DNA of 64,000 nt from NCBI GenBank assembly GCA_038245905.1, contig JBBRRY010000008.1, forward strand, positions 32,205 to 96,204, written 5' to 3'. This document shows positions 49,776-59,276 of this stretch, piece by piece. Positions within the stretch are counted from its first letter, which is position 1; each line of letters opens with the position of its first letter. The notes beneath the pieces were generated by a model. That model was given only the letters and a program-made list of their open reading frames with translations, did not search any database and was not told where the DNA came from. This stretch comes from Thermoanaerobaculia bacterium (GTDB lineage: Bacteria; Acidobacteriota; Thermoanaerobaculia; UBA5066). The position numbers and the translations under genes were made by a program.

Positions 49776-51047
49776 TTGACGCCGCGATTTCTCAGGCCGG
49801 TCCTGCGTCCGATGGCGTTCCGGGTGCTGCCGCGCGCCCTCGGCCCGACGCGCGTCTGGCGCCTCGCAGAGCCTCTCGTAGAAGGCGTCAAGGGCTGGGA
49901 GTTCGAGGTGCTTCTCCGGCGCATCGACGCGTCGCCGATCCATCGTGGAAACGACGTGAGCGTATTTTTCGACGGTCCGTCCGCGTTCGCCTCGATGTGC
50001 GCCGCCATCGACGCCGCCGAGCGCGAGGTCCTGCTCGAGGCGTACATCCTCAAGGACGACGCCACTGGACGCGACTTCGTGGGCGCGCTCGCAGCGGCCG
50101 CCCGGCGCGGGGTCGTCGTGCGCGTTCTCGCGGACGCCTTCGGCTCCAGCGACACGCGCCCGGAGTTCTGGCGCCAGATGGAGGAAAAACACATCGAGGT
50201 GCGCCTCTACCACCCGCTTTTCCCCTTCCTCTGGTACCAGCCCTACCGCGATCACCGGAAGATCCTCGTCACGGACCGCCGCGTCGCGTTCACGGGCGGC
50301 ATGAACATCGGGGACGAGTACGGCTCGTCACTCAAGGGCCGCGGAGGCCGCGCGTGGCGCGATACGCATGCGCGGCTCGAGGGACCGGCCGCATGGGAGA
50401 TGGCCGTCGTGTTCCAGGAGGGCTGGGACCGCGCCGGCGGGTCGCCGTTCGAAATTTCGCCCCTCGAGCTCGCGCCGGCCGGCGCGCCGGCTCCCCCCGG
50501 GGCGTCGATTCTCGTCCTCGATTCGAGCCCCGGCCGCGGACACGAAGAGACCGCCTCGGTCCTCGCCGCGATGGGTGCCGCCGCCCGGCGCACGTTCTGG
50601 CTGACGAACGCGTACTTCGCCCCGCGCAGGGGCGCGCTGCCGCTCCTCGCAAGGGCCGCCGCCCGCGGCGTCGATGTTCGGCTCCTCCTGCCCGGGACGA
50701 GCGACGTGCCGCTCGTGAGGCACGCGGGGCACGGCGTCTTCCGGTATCTGCTCGAGCGCGGGGTGCGGATCTTCGAGTACGACGGCTCGATCCTCCATGC
50801 CAAGACGGTCGTCGTCGACGGATGGGCCTCGATGATCGGATCGACGAACATGGACTTCCGCTCGTTCCATTTCAACGCCGAATGCAACATCGTCGTGCTC
50901 GACGCCGCCGTCGCGGAGACTCTGGAGCGGCAGTTTGCCGCGGACCTCGGCCAGGCCCGCGAGATCACCCTTTCGGACTGGAACCGGCGACCGTGGTTCC
51001 ACAAGCTCGGGGACGCCTTCGCCCGGGGCGTGTCGCCCGCCTTGTAG
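49776..51047 (+). CDS. Cardiolipin synthase B-like phospholipase D
   Basis: Two HKD motifs (HRKILVTD, HAKTVVVD) and GSTNMD. Start TTG 49776 or ATG 49812. Confidence 0.88.
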   Translation: MTPRFLRPVLRPMAFRVLPRALGPTRVWRLAEPLVEGVKGWEFEVLLRRIDASPIHRGNDVSVFFDGPSAFASMCAAIDAAEREVLLEAYILKDDATGRDFVGALAAAARRGVVVRVLADAFGSSDTRPEFWRQMEEKHIEVRLYHPLFPFLWYQPYRDHRKILVTDRRVAFTGGMNIGDEYGSSLKGRGGRAWRDTHARLEGPAAWEMAVVFQEGWDRAGGSPFEISPLELAPAGAPAPPGASILVLDSSPGRGHEETASVLAAMGAAARRTFWLTNAYFAPRRGALPLLARAAARGVDVRLLLPGTSDVPLVRHAGHGVFRYLLERGVRIFEYDGSILHAKTVVVDGWASMIGSTNMDFRSFHFNAECNIVVLDAAVAETLERQFAADLGQAREITLSDWNRRPWFHKLGDAFARGVSPAL

Positions 51048-51057
51048 TATTCCGGGA

Positions 51058-52164
51058 GTGAAAAGGACCTGGCTCGCTCCCCTCCTCGCTCTCGGCCTTG
51101 GCGTCGCGACTCCAGCGGCGGCCCAGAAGATCACCACGATCGCAGGAGACGGAACCCACGCGTTCTCCCCCGACGGCAGCGTCGCGGCGACGTCCTCTCT
51201 CGCGCTCGCTCTCGACTCGCTCGCCAACGTCGTCCCGGATTCCGGAGGGAACCTCGTCTTCTCGGAGGGCAATGCCTCCCGCGTGCGGCGCATCCTGAAA
51301 AAAACGGGCGTGCTCGAGACGCTCGCCGGCAACGGCCGGTCGAGCTTCGCGGGAGACGGCGGTCCCGCCACGTCGGCGGCGCTGAAGTCACCTTCGGAGG
51401 TCGCCTTCGACCGGGAGGGCAATCTGTACATCGCGGACGCCGCGAACTACGTCCTCCGGCGGGTCGACGCGAAGACGAAGATCATCACGACGATCGCCGG
51501 GATCCGGAAGAACCAGTTCACAGGCGACGGGCCGGCGCTCGAATCCGCTCTCGCCCGGCCCGGAGGAATCACGTTCGACCGGGACGGCCGGCTCGTGATC
51601 GCCGACACGATGAACGCGCGCATCCGTCGTCTGGACCTCACGACCGGCCGGATCGAGACGCTCGCGGGTAGCGGCGACATGGTCTTCGGCCAGCCGGGCG
51701 CCGCGCGGGAGACGGGTATGGCCTGGGTAAACGCGCCGCGCGTCGACCGCGCGGGCAACATCTTCTTCTGCGCCACGGGAAACAACCGCGTCCTCCGCCT
51801 CGACACGAAAACCGGCCGGGTCGAGGTTGCCGTGGGGAACGGCATGAACCGGTACCTGGGGGACGGTGGGCCCGCCGGCGCCGCCGAAATGAACCAGCCG
51901 GCCTCGCTGGCGGTCGACGCAGCGGGCAACGTGTTCGTCGCCGACACCCAGAACCATGCGATCCGCCGCCTCGACGCGAAGACGGGGATCCTGACCACCG
52001 TCGCGGGTGACGGGACGCCAGGATTCGCCGGAGACGGCGGCCCCGCCGCGAAGGCCCGCCTGAACTTCCCGACCGGCCTCGGCCTCGACGGGAAGGGGAA
52101 CCTCTACGTCGTGGACTCGGTCAACGCGCGCATCCGGAAGATCGAGGGCATCGCGGCGAAGTAA
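51058..52164 (+). CDS. Secreted NHL-repeat beta-propeller protein
   Basis: Repeats of GDGGPA..A.L..P...D..GNLYIAD; signal peptide. Confidence 0.88.
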   Translation: MKRTWLAPLLALGLGVATPAAAQKITTIAGDGTHAFSPDGSVAATSSLALALDSLANVVPDSGGNLVFSEGNASRVRRILKKTGVLETLAGNGRSSFAGDGGPATSAALKSPSEVAFDREGNLYIADAANYVLRRVDAKTKIITTIAGIRKNQFTGDGPALESALARPGGITFDRDGRLVIADTMNARIRRLDLTTGRIETLAGSGDMVFGQPGAARETGMAWVNAPRVDRAGNIFFCATGNNRVLRLDTKTGRVEVAVGNGMNRYLGDGGPAGAAEMNQPASLAVDAAGNVFVADTQNHAIRRLDAKTGILTTVAGDGTPGFAGDGGPAAKARLNFPTGLGLDGKGNLYVVDSVNARIRKIEGIAAK

Positions 52165-52188
52165 CTCTCGTCTCTCCGCTCTCGGCGC

Positions 52189-52542
52189 TCAGCGCTTCGC
52201 CCGCGCGGCATACCGGACGATTTCGACGTTCTCGAGCGTCATGAGGACCCCGCAGCCCGCCTCCGTGAGGAAAGGGTCGATGCGTTCGAGGAATCCGCGA
52301 ACCTTCTCTTCCGCGTCTACGATCTCGACGACGATGGGCAGGTCGGCGGAGAGCTCGACGAGACGCGCGCGGTGCACCACGCTCGACGCTCCATAAGACT
52401 CGACCCCGCGCAGCACGGTCGCCCCCGCGAGCCCCGCCTCGCGCGCCTCAAGCACAAGCGCCTCGAAAAGAGGCCGGTTGCGCAGCCGGTCCGCCTCGCC
52501 GATGTGGATGCGCAGGAGCTTCGCGGTCGCGGTCTCTTTCAT
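52189..52542 (-). CDS. DUF190 (PII-like) protein
   Basis: LLRIHIGEAD, GLAGATVLRG and LSADLPIVVEIVD; ATGA-coupled to crcB. Confidence 0.9.
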   Translation of the reverse strand: MKETATAKLLRIHIGEADRLRNRPLFEALVLEAREAGLAGATVLRGVESYGASSVVHRARLVELSADLPIVVEIVDAEEKVRGFLERIDPFLTEAGCGVLMTLENVEIVRYAARAKR

Positions 52543-52922
52543 GCGCCGACCCTCCCGATCGCCCGGCCGAGCACGGTCCCGAGCAGGCCCAGCACGACCG
52601 AGCCTCCCACGTAAAGGCCGGCCCGGAGCACGTCCTTGACGCTCAGAAGGCCGATCGTCTCCCATGTGAAGGACGAGAACGTCGTGAACCCTCCGAGGAT
52701 TCCGACCATGAGGAACGTGCGTGCCTCCGGAGAAAGCGCCGCGCGCTCGAGTCCAAGCGCGCCCACCACCCCGATCGCGAAGCATCCGATCAGGTTCACG
52801 AAAAACGTCCCGAACGGAAACCCTTCGGGCGCATTCCGTTGAATTGCCGTCGCGAGGAGATGGCGCGCCACCGACCCGACGCCGCCCCCCACGAACACGA
52901 GTAGTACGAGGCCCGTTCGCAT
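52539..52922 (-). CDS. crcB: Fluoride channel Fluc/CrcB
   Basis: GGGVGSVAR, FPFGTFFVN and GGFTTFSSF. Confidence 0.95.
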   Translation of the reverse strand: MRTGLVLLVFVGGGVGSVARHLLATAIQRNAPEGFPFGTFFVNLIGCFAIGVVGALGLERAALSPEARTFLMVGILGGFTTFSSFTWETIGLLSVKDVLRAGLYVGGSVVLGLLGTVLGRAIGRVGA

Positions 52923-52964
52923 GGCGAAACGTTAGCAGATCGGCCCGCGTTACCATTCCGGCGC

Positions 52965-53807
52965 ATGCGACCCGGTTCCGCCGCCAAAGGGCCCCTCGAC
53001 TGGGCGAGCCTGTCGGACAGGGGCCGCGTCCGCGCGGGCAACGAGGACTTCGCCGGAGATCCGAAGACCCTCTCCGCGCTCACGGGCCCCGAGGCGACGC
53101 TTTGGAAGCGCGGCGCGCTCTTCGCGGTCGCGGACGGGATGGGGGGTCATGCCCGCGGCGAGGTCGCGAGCAAGCTCGCGGTCGAAGTGCTTTTCACGAC
53201 GTTCTATACGGCGCCCGGAGAACCCGCCGAGAGGTTTCGACGCGCGATGATCACGGCGAACACCGCCGTCAGACGGGCCGGAATCCTCGCGGCGCCCGAG
53301 AAGGCGGGCCCGCGCGCCGACGCCGCTCCGCTTCCGCCGATGGGCACGACCCTGGTGGCCGCGGTCGTCCTCGGACCGTGGGTGCTCTTCGGCAACGTGG
53401 GAGACAGCCGGGCCTACCTTCTTCAGAACGGGAACCTCGAACAGGTCAGCCGCGACCACTCGTACCTTGCCGAGGAGATCCGCCGCGGGCTCGTCACGGA
53501 GGAAGCGGCGTCTGCCGCGCTGCCCTTTCGCCACCTCATCACACGCTCGATGGGGTCCAAGGACGACATCGAGGTCGATCTCTTCTGGCGGCCCTGGCCC
53601 GCGGGATCGACGCTGCTGCTGGCCACGGACGGTCTTCACGGTGTCGTCGACGACGCGCGTGTGGCCGGCGTTCTCGAGTCGCAGCCGCCCGACCTCGCTG
53701 TGCGGCATCTCGTCGACGCCGCGAACGAGGCCGGCGGACCCGACAACATCACGGCGCTCGTCGCGCGAGCCGTGCCGGCGGCGAATCCGGCCTGCTCCAC
53801 GGCCTAG
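52965..53807 (+). CDS. PP2C-family Ser/Thr phosphatase
   Basis: NED, VADGMGG, MGTT, NVGDSRAY, TDGL and GGPDNIT. Confidence 0.93.
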   Translation: MRPGSAAKGPLDWASLSDRGRVRAGNEDFAGDPKTLSALTGPEATLWKRGALFAVADGMGGHARGEVASKLAVEVLFTTFYTAPGEPAERFRRAMITANTAVRRAGILAAPEKAGPRADAAPLPPMGTTLVAAVVLGPWVLFGNVGDSRAYLLQNGNLEQVSRDHSYLAEEIRRGLVTEEAASAALPFRHLITRSMGSKDDIEVDLFWRPWPAGSTLLLATDGLHGVVDDARVAGVLESQPPDLAVRHLVDAANEAGGPDNITALVARAVPAANPACSTA

Positions 53808-53817
53808 AATCATCCGC

Positions 53818-54516
53818 ATGCGCGTCTTCACGGGCACGAGCGGGTTCAGCTACGACGGCTGGAGCGGCGCGTTCTACCCCGAGGATCTTCCCGCGAACGA
53901 GCGCCTGGCTTTCTACGCGACGAAGCTTCCCGCGGTGGAGATCAACAACACCTTCTACCGGATGCCGAAGCCAGAGCTGCTCGCGGGATGGGCCGCGCAG
54001 GTCCCGAAGACGTTTCGGTTCGCGCTCAAGGCGCCGCAGCGCATTACGCACATCAAGCGCCTCAAGGACGCCGCCGAAGAAGTCCGCTTCCTCACCGGGT
54101 CGGCGCGGCAGCTCGGCGCGTGCAAAGGACCGATCCTGTTCGGGCTGCCGCCGAACCTCAAGAAGGACCTCCCGCGTCTCGACACGTTCCTCGCGCTCCT
54201 GCCGTCTGATGTCGAGGCCGCCTTCGAGTTTCGGAACGCCACGTGGCTCGACGACGAGGTCTTCGCGCTCCTTCGCGCCGCCGGCGCGGCCCTTTGCGTG
54301 GCGGACGACGAGAAGGGCACGACGCCGCTCGTCGCGACGGCGAAATGGGGCTACCTCCGGCTCCGCCGCGAGGACTACGCCGACGCGGACCTCGACGCCT
54401 GGGCAGCGCGCCTCGCCGTAGTGGAGTGGGACTCGGCCTACGTCTTCTTCAAGCACGAGGACGAGGCGCGCGCTCCCGAGCTCGCGCGCGGCTTCCAGGA
54501 GAGGCTGGAGACGTAA
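53818..54516 (+). CDS. DUF72 family protein
   Basis: GTSGFSY..W, VEINNTFY, EFR..W and YLRLR. Confidence 0.92.
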   Translation: MRVFTGTSGFSYDGWSGAFYPEDLPANERLAFYATKLPAVEINNTFYRMPKPELLAGWAAQVPKTFRFALKAPQRITHIKRLKDAAEEVRFLTGSARQLGACKGPILFGLPPNLKKDLPRLDTFLALLPSDVEAAFEFRNATWLDDEVFALLRAAGAALCVADDEKGTTPLVATAKWGYLRLRREDYADADLDAWAARLAVVEWDSAYVFFKHEDEARAPELARGFQERLET

Positions 54517-54528
54517 CATTCCTCCCCG

Positions 54529-55275
54529 ATGAAAGTCGTCACCTGGAACGTCAACGGAATCCGCGCCCGCGAGCTGCAGGTCGTCGAATGGATCGAGCGT
54601 GAGAAGCCCGACATCCTCTGCCTGCAGGAGCTGAAGGCCGCGCCCGACCAGATGCCGCTCTCCCTCGCGGCGCCCGCGGGCTACAGCGTCTACTGGCATG
54701 GGCACAAGGGATACTCGGGCGTCGGGCTCCTCCTCAGGACAGAGACGTTCCACGACAAGGTGCTCTTCTCCCACCCGGACTTCGACCACGAGACACGCAT
54801 CGTCGAAGCCGCGACGCCGCACTTTTCGGTGGCCTCCGTATACGTCCCGAACGGCGGAAAGGACTTCGCGGCGAAGCTCGCCTTTCTCGAGGCGATGGGG
54901 CGCTGGGCGCGCGAGGCGAGGGCTGCGGGAAAGGACCTCCTCGTCTGCGGCGACCTGAACGTCGCGCTCACCGACCGCGACGTCCACCCGAAGGAGCGCA
55001 AGGCGAACGCGATCGGCCAGCGGCCCGACGAACGCGGCCTCCTCGGAAAGGTCCTCTCCGAGGGCCTCGTGGACGTCGGACGCGCGCTCGACCCCGACAA
55101 CGAAAACCTCTTCACGTACTGGGCGCCGTGGCGCCAGCTCAAGGAGCGGAACATCGGCTGGCGGATCGACTTCATCCTCGCGAGCGAGAGATTCGCGAAG
55201 TCCGCGAAGGCGGCCCGCGTCCATCGCGAATTCGGAACGAGTGACCACGCTCCCATGGTCGTCGAGTTCTCATGA
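54529..55275 (+). CDS. xth: Exodeoxyribonuclease III
   Basis: TWNVNGIR, LQELK, YVPNG, GDLN, GWRID and SDHAP. Confidence 0.95.
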   Translation: MKVVTWNVNGIRARELQVVEWIEREKPDILCLQELKAAPDQMPLSLAAPAGYSVYWHGHKGYSGVGLLLRTETFHDKVLFSHPDFDHETRIVEAATPHFSVASVYVPNGGKDFAAKLAFLEAMGRWAREARAAGKDLLVCGDLNVALTDRDVHPKERKANAIGQRPDERGLLGKVLSEGLVDVGRALDPDNENLFTYWAPWRQLKERNIGWRIDFILASERFAKSAKAARVHREFGTSDHAPMVVEFS

Positions 55276-55305
55276 GCGACGCGCGGCACGGCTAGACTCC
55301 GGGCC

Positions 55306-57933
55306 ATGGCCGCGCCGGTCCCCCCGCGCCTCCGCGTAACGGCGAGCCCTGGGTGGGAAATCCTTACGCCGGTCGCATCGAAAACGCGCGCGCTCTCGAC
55401 CGTGACCGATCCCTTCGTCTCTCGCGTGCTCCTCGACGCGCGCTTGGCCCTCGTGGACTCCCGTTCGGCGCGCCCGCGCCGGGGGGCACCGGCCTCAGAC
55501 GGCCTTCTCACCGCGGAAATCGACGAGCCGTCCCCTGCCGCAGGATGGGTCGTAGTGGCGCGCCATCCATCCGGCGCTCTGACATTCCATACGGCGCGCG
55601 GAAGCGGGCAAGGCATCCGCCCCATCGACGTGCGCCTCCCGGCTCCGCCCACCGCGCGGAGCGGGCCCGGCGCCCTGGTCCGCGTGTTCTTCCTGCGGGT
55701 CCTGGGCGCCGGGGCGGGCGTGCTGCTTCCGGTCCTCGCGCGTATCTGGGAGAAGAAACGCTTCCTCGCTTCGAGGACGCCGCTCGGCCTCGTTGCGCTC
55801 GCGGTCCGGGACGGCCGCCTCGTCACGACGCGCGTCCGCAAGCTCACGCTCCCGCCGCCGCCCGCGCGAAGCCTCCTCTTCGTGCACGGCACGTTCTCGC
55901 ACGCGGCCGCGGCGTTCCAGGATCTCGCGGCCGATCCGGCCCTCTTCGCGGCCCTTTCGCGCCGTTACGACGGCCGCCTTTTCGCGTTCAACCACCTCAC
56001 GGTGGGAACCGCACCGGACGCAAATGCCCGGGACCTCCGCGCGCACTTGCCGCGCGGGCCCGCGCTTCTCGACGCGGTTACGCATTCCCGCGGCGGCCTC
56101 GTCCTCCGCGCGCTCGCCGGGCAAAGCCCTCGCGTCGCTCCTGGCGTCGCTCCGGGCGTCCTTCTCGGGCGGGTCTTCTTCGCCGCATCGCCGAACGAGG
56201 GCACGCCTCTCGCCTCGCCTGCGCGCTGGCACTCCCTCGCCGCCTGGCTCGCGAATCTCGGCGAGATGTTTCCCGGCAACGCGCTCGCGTTCGGGTTTGA
56301 TTTTGTGTCGGAGGCTCTCGTGTGGATGGCCCGCCGCGCGGGCGGCACGCTGCCCGGCATCGCCGCGATGGACCCCGCCGGAGAGTTTCTCGAGAAGCTG
56401 AACGAATCCGGGGCACGGCACTACGAGGCGGGCGCGGCTGTCGCACGCTTCGAGCCCCGGGGGAGCGCGGCTCGCCGGCTCCTCGATGCGGCTGCGGGAG
56501 TCTTCTTCGAGGACCCGAACGATCTCGTGGTCCCCACGGAAGGCGGCCTCGCCCTCGGCGCCGCGCCCCCCGTGCCCGAAGTGCACACCGTGCGCTTCGG
56601 GCACGGCGCCCTCGTTCATCATCTGAATCTTTTTGCTCAAGAAGAGACGAGGAAAAAGATAAAGATCTTCTTAGAAGGTGAAGAGAGCCGCCGCTCGCGA
56701 GGGCCGGCGGGGCGTCAACCCCCTTCTAAGCACGCGCGCGGCGCGTCTTCTCCCCGGTCTTCTCCCCAATCTTCAGCAAAATCTTCCTCTTCCTCTTCGT
56801 CTTCGTCCTCCTCACGCTCGGCGCGCGGCGTGCGCCGATTCGAGCTGGTCCTTGTCGGCGGACGGGGCGGAGCGCCCGCGCACCTCCTCGCGAGCTTCGG
56901 GGGCGCGCGCGTCGTCGAGCCCTTCGAGACCAGGGGCGGCGCCGGGGGCGAGCGCATGCGGAGCATCATCGAGATGCACGAGAGAATTCTTGCTGCCCTG
57001 GAGGGCGGCGGAACTCGTCCCCTTCCCGCTGCGAAGGAGCTCCGCGCCTACGGCAGCGTGCTCTTCGAGGCGCTCTTCCCGGGCACTGTCCGGCGGCTGT
57101 GGGACGAGGCGCGCGCAGGAACGAAGGGGACTCTGGAGCTCGTCTTCACTCCAGGGCTCGACTGGATCGCCGACAAGCCGTGGGAGCTCGCGTGGGACGC
57201 GTCGCGCCGCCGCTTCCTCGCCGACGACGCGATTCTCGTGCGAGGCGTCTTCGGGGCACCGCCCGCGGCGGCGCCTGATCCGAGACGCGGTCCGCTCCGT
57301 GTCCTCCTCGCCCTTGCCGAGCCACGGGACGCGGCCCCCGTGGCCGCGCGTCAGGAGACCGCCGCGATTCGGGCGGCCCTCGCGCCGCTCGTCCGGTCCG
57401 GGCACGTGAAGCTCGAGGTGCTCGCGTCCGCGACGCCCGCGGCCCTGCACAAGAAGCTCTCGGAGGGCGGCGCGGACGTGCTTCATTTCGTGGGACACGG
57501 CGCGTTCGACGAAAAGGAGAAGACCGGCAGCCTGTTCCTCGTGGACGCACGCGGACGCGCACTTGCGGTGGACACGGATCACGTCCTGCGCCTCTTCTCG
57601 GGGCGCGGCTTGAAGCTCGTCTTCTTGAACGCGTGCGAGACGGGCCGCGGCGGCCGCACGGACTTCCTGCGCGGCGTCGCGCCGGCTCTCCTCGCGGGCG
57701 GCGTTCCGGCCGTGCTCGCGAACCAGTACAAGGTCCTCGATTCGTCCGCGACGGCCTTCGCCCGGCATCTCTACTGGGGACTCGCGAAGAGTCACACCCT
57801 GGGCGCGGCCGCGCGGGAGGCGCGTGTCGCCGTGTCCTATGCGAAGGGTGCCGAGCCGATGGACTGGGCGGTTCCCGTGCTCTACGCGCGGGACACGTCG
57901 CTCGTCTTCTGCCGCCCGCGCCGCGGCGCGTGA
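55306..57933 (+). CDS. Alpha/beta-hydrolase plus CHAT (caspase-like) fusion protein
   Basis: FVHGTFS and THSRGG lipase-type motifs; Ser-rich linker; PWE, HFVGHG and LNACETG CHAT motifs. Confidence 0.85.
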   Translation: MAAPVPPRLRVTASPGWEILTPVASKTRALSTVTDPFVSRVLLDARLALVDSRSARPRRGAPASDGLLTAEIDEPSPAAGWVVVARHPSGALTFHTARGSGQGIRPIDVRLPAPPTARSGPGALVRVFFLRVLGAGAGVLLPVLARIWEKKRFLASRTPLGLVALAVRDGRLVTTRVRKLTLPPPPARSLLFVHGTFSHAAAAFQDLAADPALFAALSRRYDGRLFAFNHLTVGTAPDANARDLRAHLPRGPALLDAVTHSRGGLVLRALAGQSPRVAPGVAPGVLLGRVFFAASPNEGTPLASPARWHSLAAWLANLGEMFPGNALAFGFDFVSEALVWMARRAGGTLPGIAAMDPAGEFLEKLNESGARHYEAGAAVARFEPRGSAARRLLDAAAGVFFEDPNDLVVPTEGGLALGAAPPVPEVHTVRFGHGALVHHLNLFAQEETRKKIKIFLEGEESRRSRGPAGRQPPSKHARGASSPRSSPQSSAKSSSSSSSSSSSRSARGVRRFELVLVGGRGGAPAHLLASFGGARVVEPFETRGGAGGERMRSIIEMHERILAALEGGGTRPLPAAKELRAYGSVLFEALFPGTVRRLWDEARAGTKGTLELVFTPGLDWIADKPWELAWDASRRRFLADDAILVRGVFGAPPAAAPDPRRGPLRVLLALAEPRDAAPVAARQETAAIRAALAPLVRSGHVKLEVLASATPAALHKKLSEGGADVLHFVGHGAFDEKEKTGSLFLVDARGRALAVDTDHVLRLFSGRGLKLVFLNACETGRGGRTDFLRGVAPALLAGGVPAVLANQYKVLDSSATAFARHLYWGLAKSHTLGAAAREARVAVSYAKGAEPMDWAVPVLYARDTSLVFCRPRRGA
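56641..56812. repeat. Convergent pair of purine-tract/AGAT..CTTAGAAG motifs
   Basis: AAAGATCTTCTTAGAAGG (56661-56678), CCTTCTAAG (56722-56730) and CTTCAGCAAAATCTTC plus pyrimidine tract (56771-56812). Confidence 0.7.
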
Positions 57934-57936
57934 TCC

Positions 57937-58395
57937 CTAGGTCATGCGAAGAAGCGAATTCTTCTTGGCCTCGTACGCGCGCCCGTAGCCGAGCGCAAGC
58001 GCCACGTCACACAGGCGCAGCGCCTCGTCGAAGGCCGCCCGGTCGGCCAGGAGCGAGATCCCGGTCTCGAGCCACTTCAGCTCGTCGCGCTCCCGGGTGA
58101 GGATCGCCCCGAGCTCGTCCCCGGCCGCCGGGAGGTAACGCTCGGCTTCGACGAGAGCCTCGAGCGCGCGGTCCTCGCCCTCGGGCGTGCCGAGGGCGGA
58201 CGACGCGGACACGAGGAGCGCCCACGCGAAAAACTTCACGGCGTTCGGCATCGAGTCGCTCGAGGAAATCGCGCGCTCGAGGTACTTCGCGGCGCCGCCG
58301 GGGAACGGGGCGTCGCGGTATCCGGTGAGCAGGTCTTCGAGCCTCTCGGCCGGCGACTTGCGGGAGGGTTCGATGCGGCGCGCCATCCGCGCCAT
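57937..58395 (-). CDS. Hypothetical helical (TPR-like) protein
   Basis: Ala/Leu/Glu-rich helices, FDEALRLCDVALALG. Start 58395 or 58386. Confidence 0.65.
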   Translation of the reverse strand: MARMARRIEPSRKSPAERLEDLLTGYRDAPFPGGAAKYLERAISSSDSMPNAVKFFAWALLVSASSALGTPEGEDRALEALVEAERYLPAAGDELGAILTRERDELKWLETGISLLADRAAFDEALRLCDVALALGYGRAYEAKKNSLLRMT

Positions 58396-58450
58396 CGTCG
58401 CACGTGCCGCCGGCGCCTCGCGCGCGGCCCTCACGAAACGCGCGCGCGTG

Positions 58451-58885
58451 CTATTTCGCGGCCATCATCTTCTGAACGCGCGCCGAGAACATCGCGAACA
58501 GCCTCTGGCCGACCGCCGTGTTCTTCGCCACCCATTCCGCGTTCTGGAATGCGACCGGGGACACCTCGCGGCGGAACTCATCGAGGTACGGGGCCATGCG
58601 GGCGAATAGGAACATGCCTTCGCCGCTCGACTCCATGAAGTAGTCCGCGTTCACGATGCCGTGCTTCACGGTGCCGTAAACCATCTCCCAGTACGTCGTC
58701 GTCTGGCGCCAGGCCGCGTTTAGCGGGTGGTCGCCTTTCGTGACGGCGAGGACCTCGGCGAACGATTTTGGCCAGAAGTCTCGGTTGATCGCGTTACGCG
58801 ACTCGCGCATGACGGGCTCGCGGCGCAATTCGTAGGAGCGGAACGCAAGCTCCGCATCGTGATGGTCGGGGTGTTCCTTGCTCAT
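58451..58885 (-). CDS. Conserved hypothetical protein (DUF4760-like)
   Basis: YELRREPVMRESR..YWEM; TAAAAT 8 nt before the ATG. Confidence 0.75.
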   Translation of the reverse strand: MSKEHPDHHDAELAFRSYELRREPVMRESRNAINRDFWPKSFAEVLAVTKGDHPLNAAWRQTTTYWEMVYGTVKHGIVNADYFMESSGEGMFLFARMAPYLDEFRREVSPVAFQNAEWVAKNTAVGQRLFAMFSARVQKMMAAK

Positions 58886-58928
58886 GGGGAGGAATTTTAG
58901 CGCAGCGCCCGGGGCCCTGGTCAGGCGG

Positions 58929-59228
58929 TCAGCCGCGCATCGGCGTGTAGCCCGTGCAGAAATGCTCGACCATCTTCAGGTCGACGGTCGGCCGGTGCGT
59001 CTGCCCGTTCGAGCGGAGCCGGAAAATCTCGAAGCGCACGCCGGGCCGGGAAATCGGCCGTACCTCGAGCCGGTGGATCGCCTCGGCTGTGACCGCGTAG
59101 GGGCCGCACTCCTCGCAATCCACCGAATGGCCGCGGAGAGGGGACGCAAACAGCGACTCCTCGCCACCTACCGAGGCCGGGAAGCCGCACAGAAAGCAGG
59201 CGCGGGAGGAGTCCTGGTCCGGGGTCAT
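58929..59228 (-). CDS. Small putative zinc-ribbon protein
   Basis: CFLC and CEEC pairs; TAGACT 10 nt upstream of the ATG. Confidence 0.6.
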   Translation of the reverse strand: MTPDQDSSRACFLCGFPASVGGEESLFASPLRGHSVDCEECGPYAVTAEAIHRLEVRPISRPGVRFEIFRLRSNGQTHRPTVDLKMVEHFCTGYTPMRG

Positions 59229-59276
59229 ATCGCCTCGAAGTCTACGCCGGACGCCGGGTCATGCTACGTTTCCATC

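Noticed and set aside
52923-52964. Possible fluoride riboswitch upstream of crcB
   Set aside because: Only 42 nt, occupied by two -10-like boxes; no riboswitch consensus seen.
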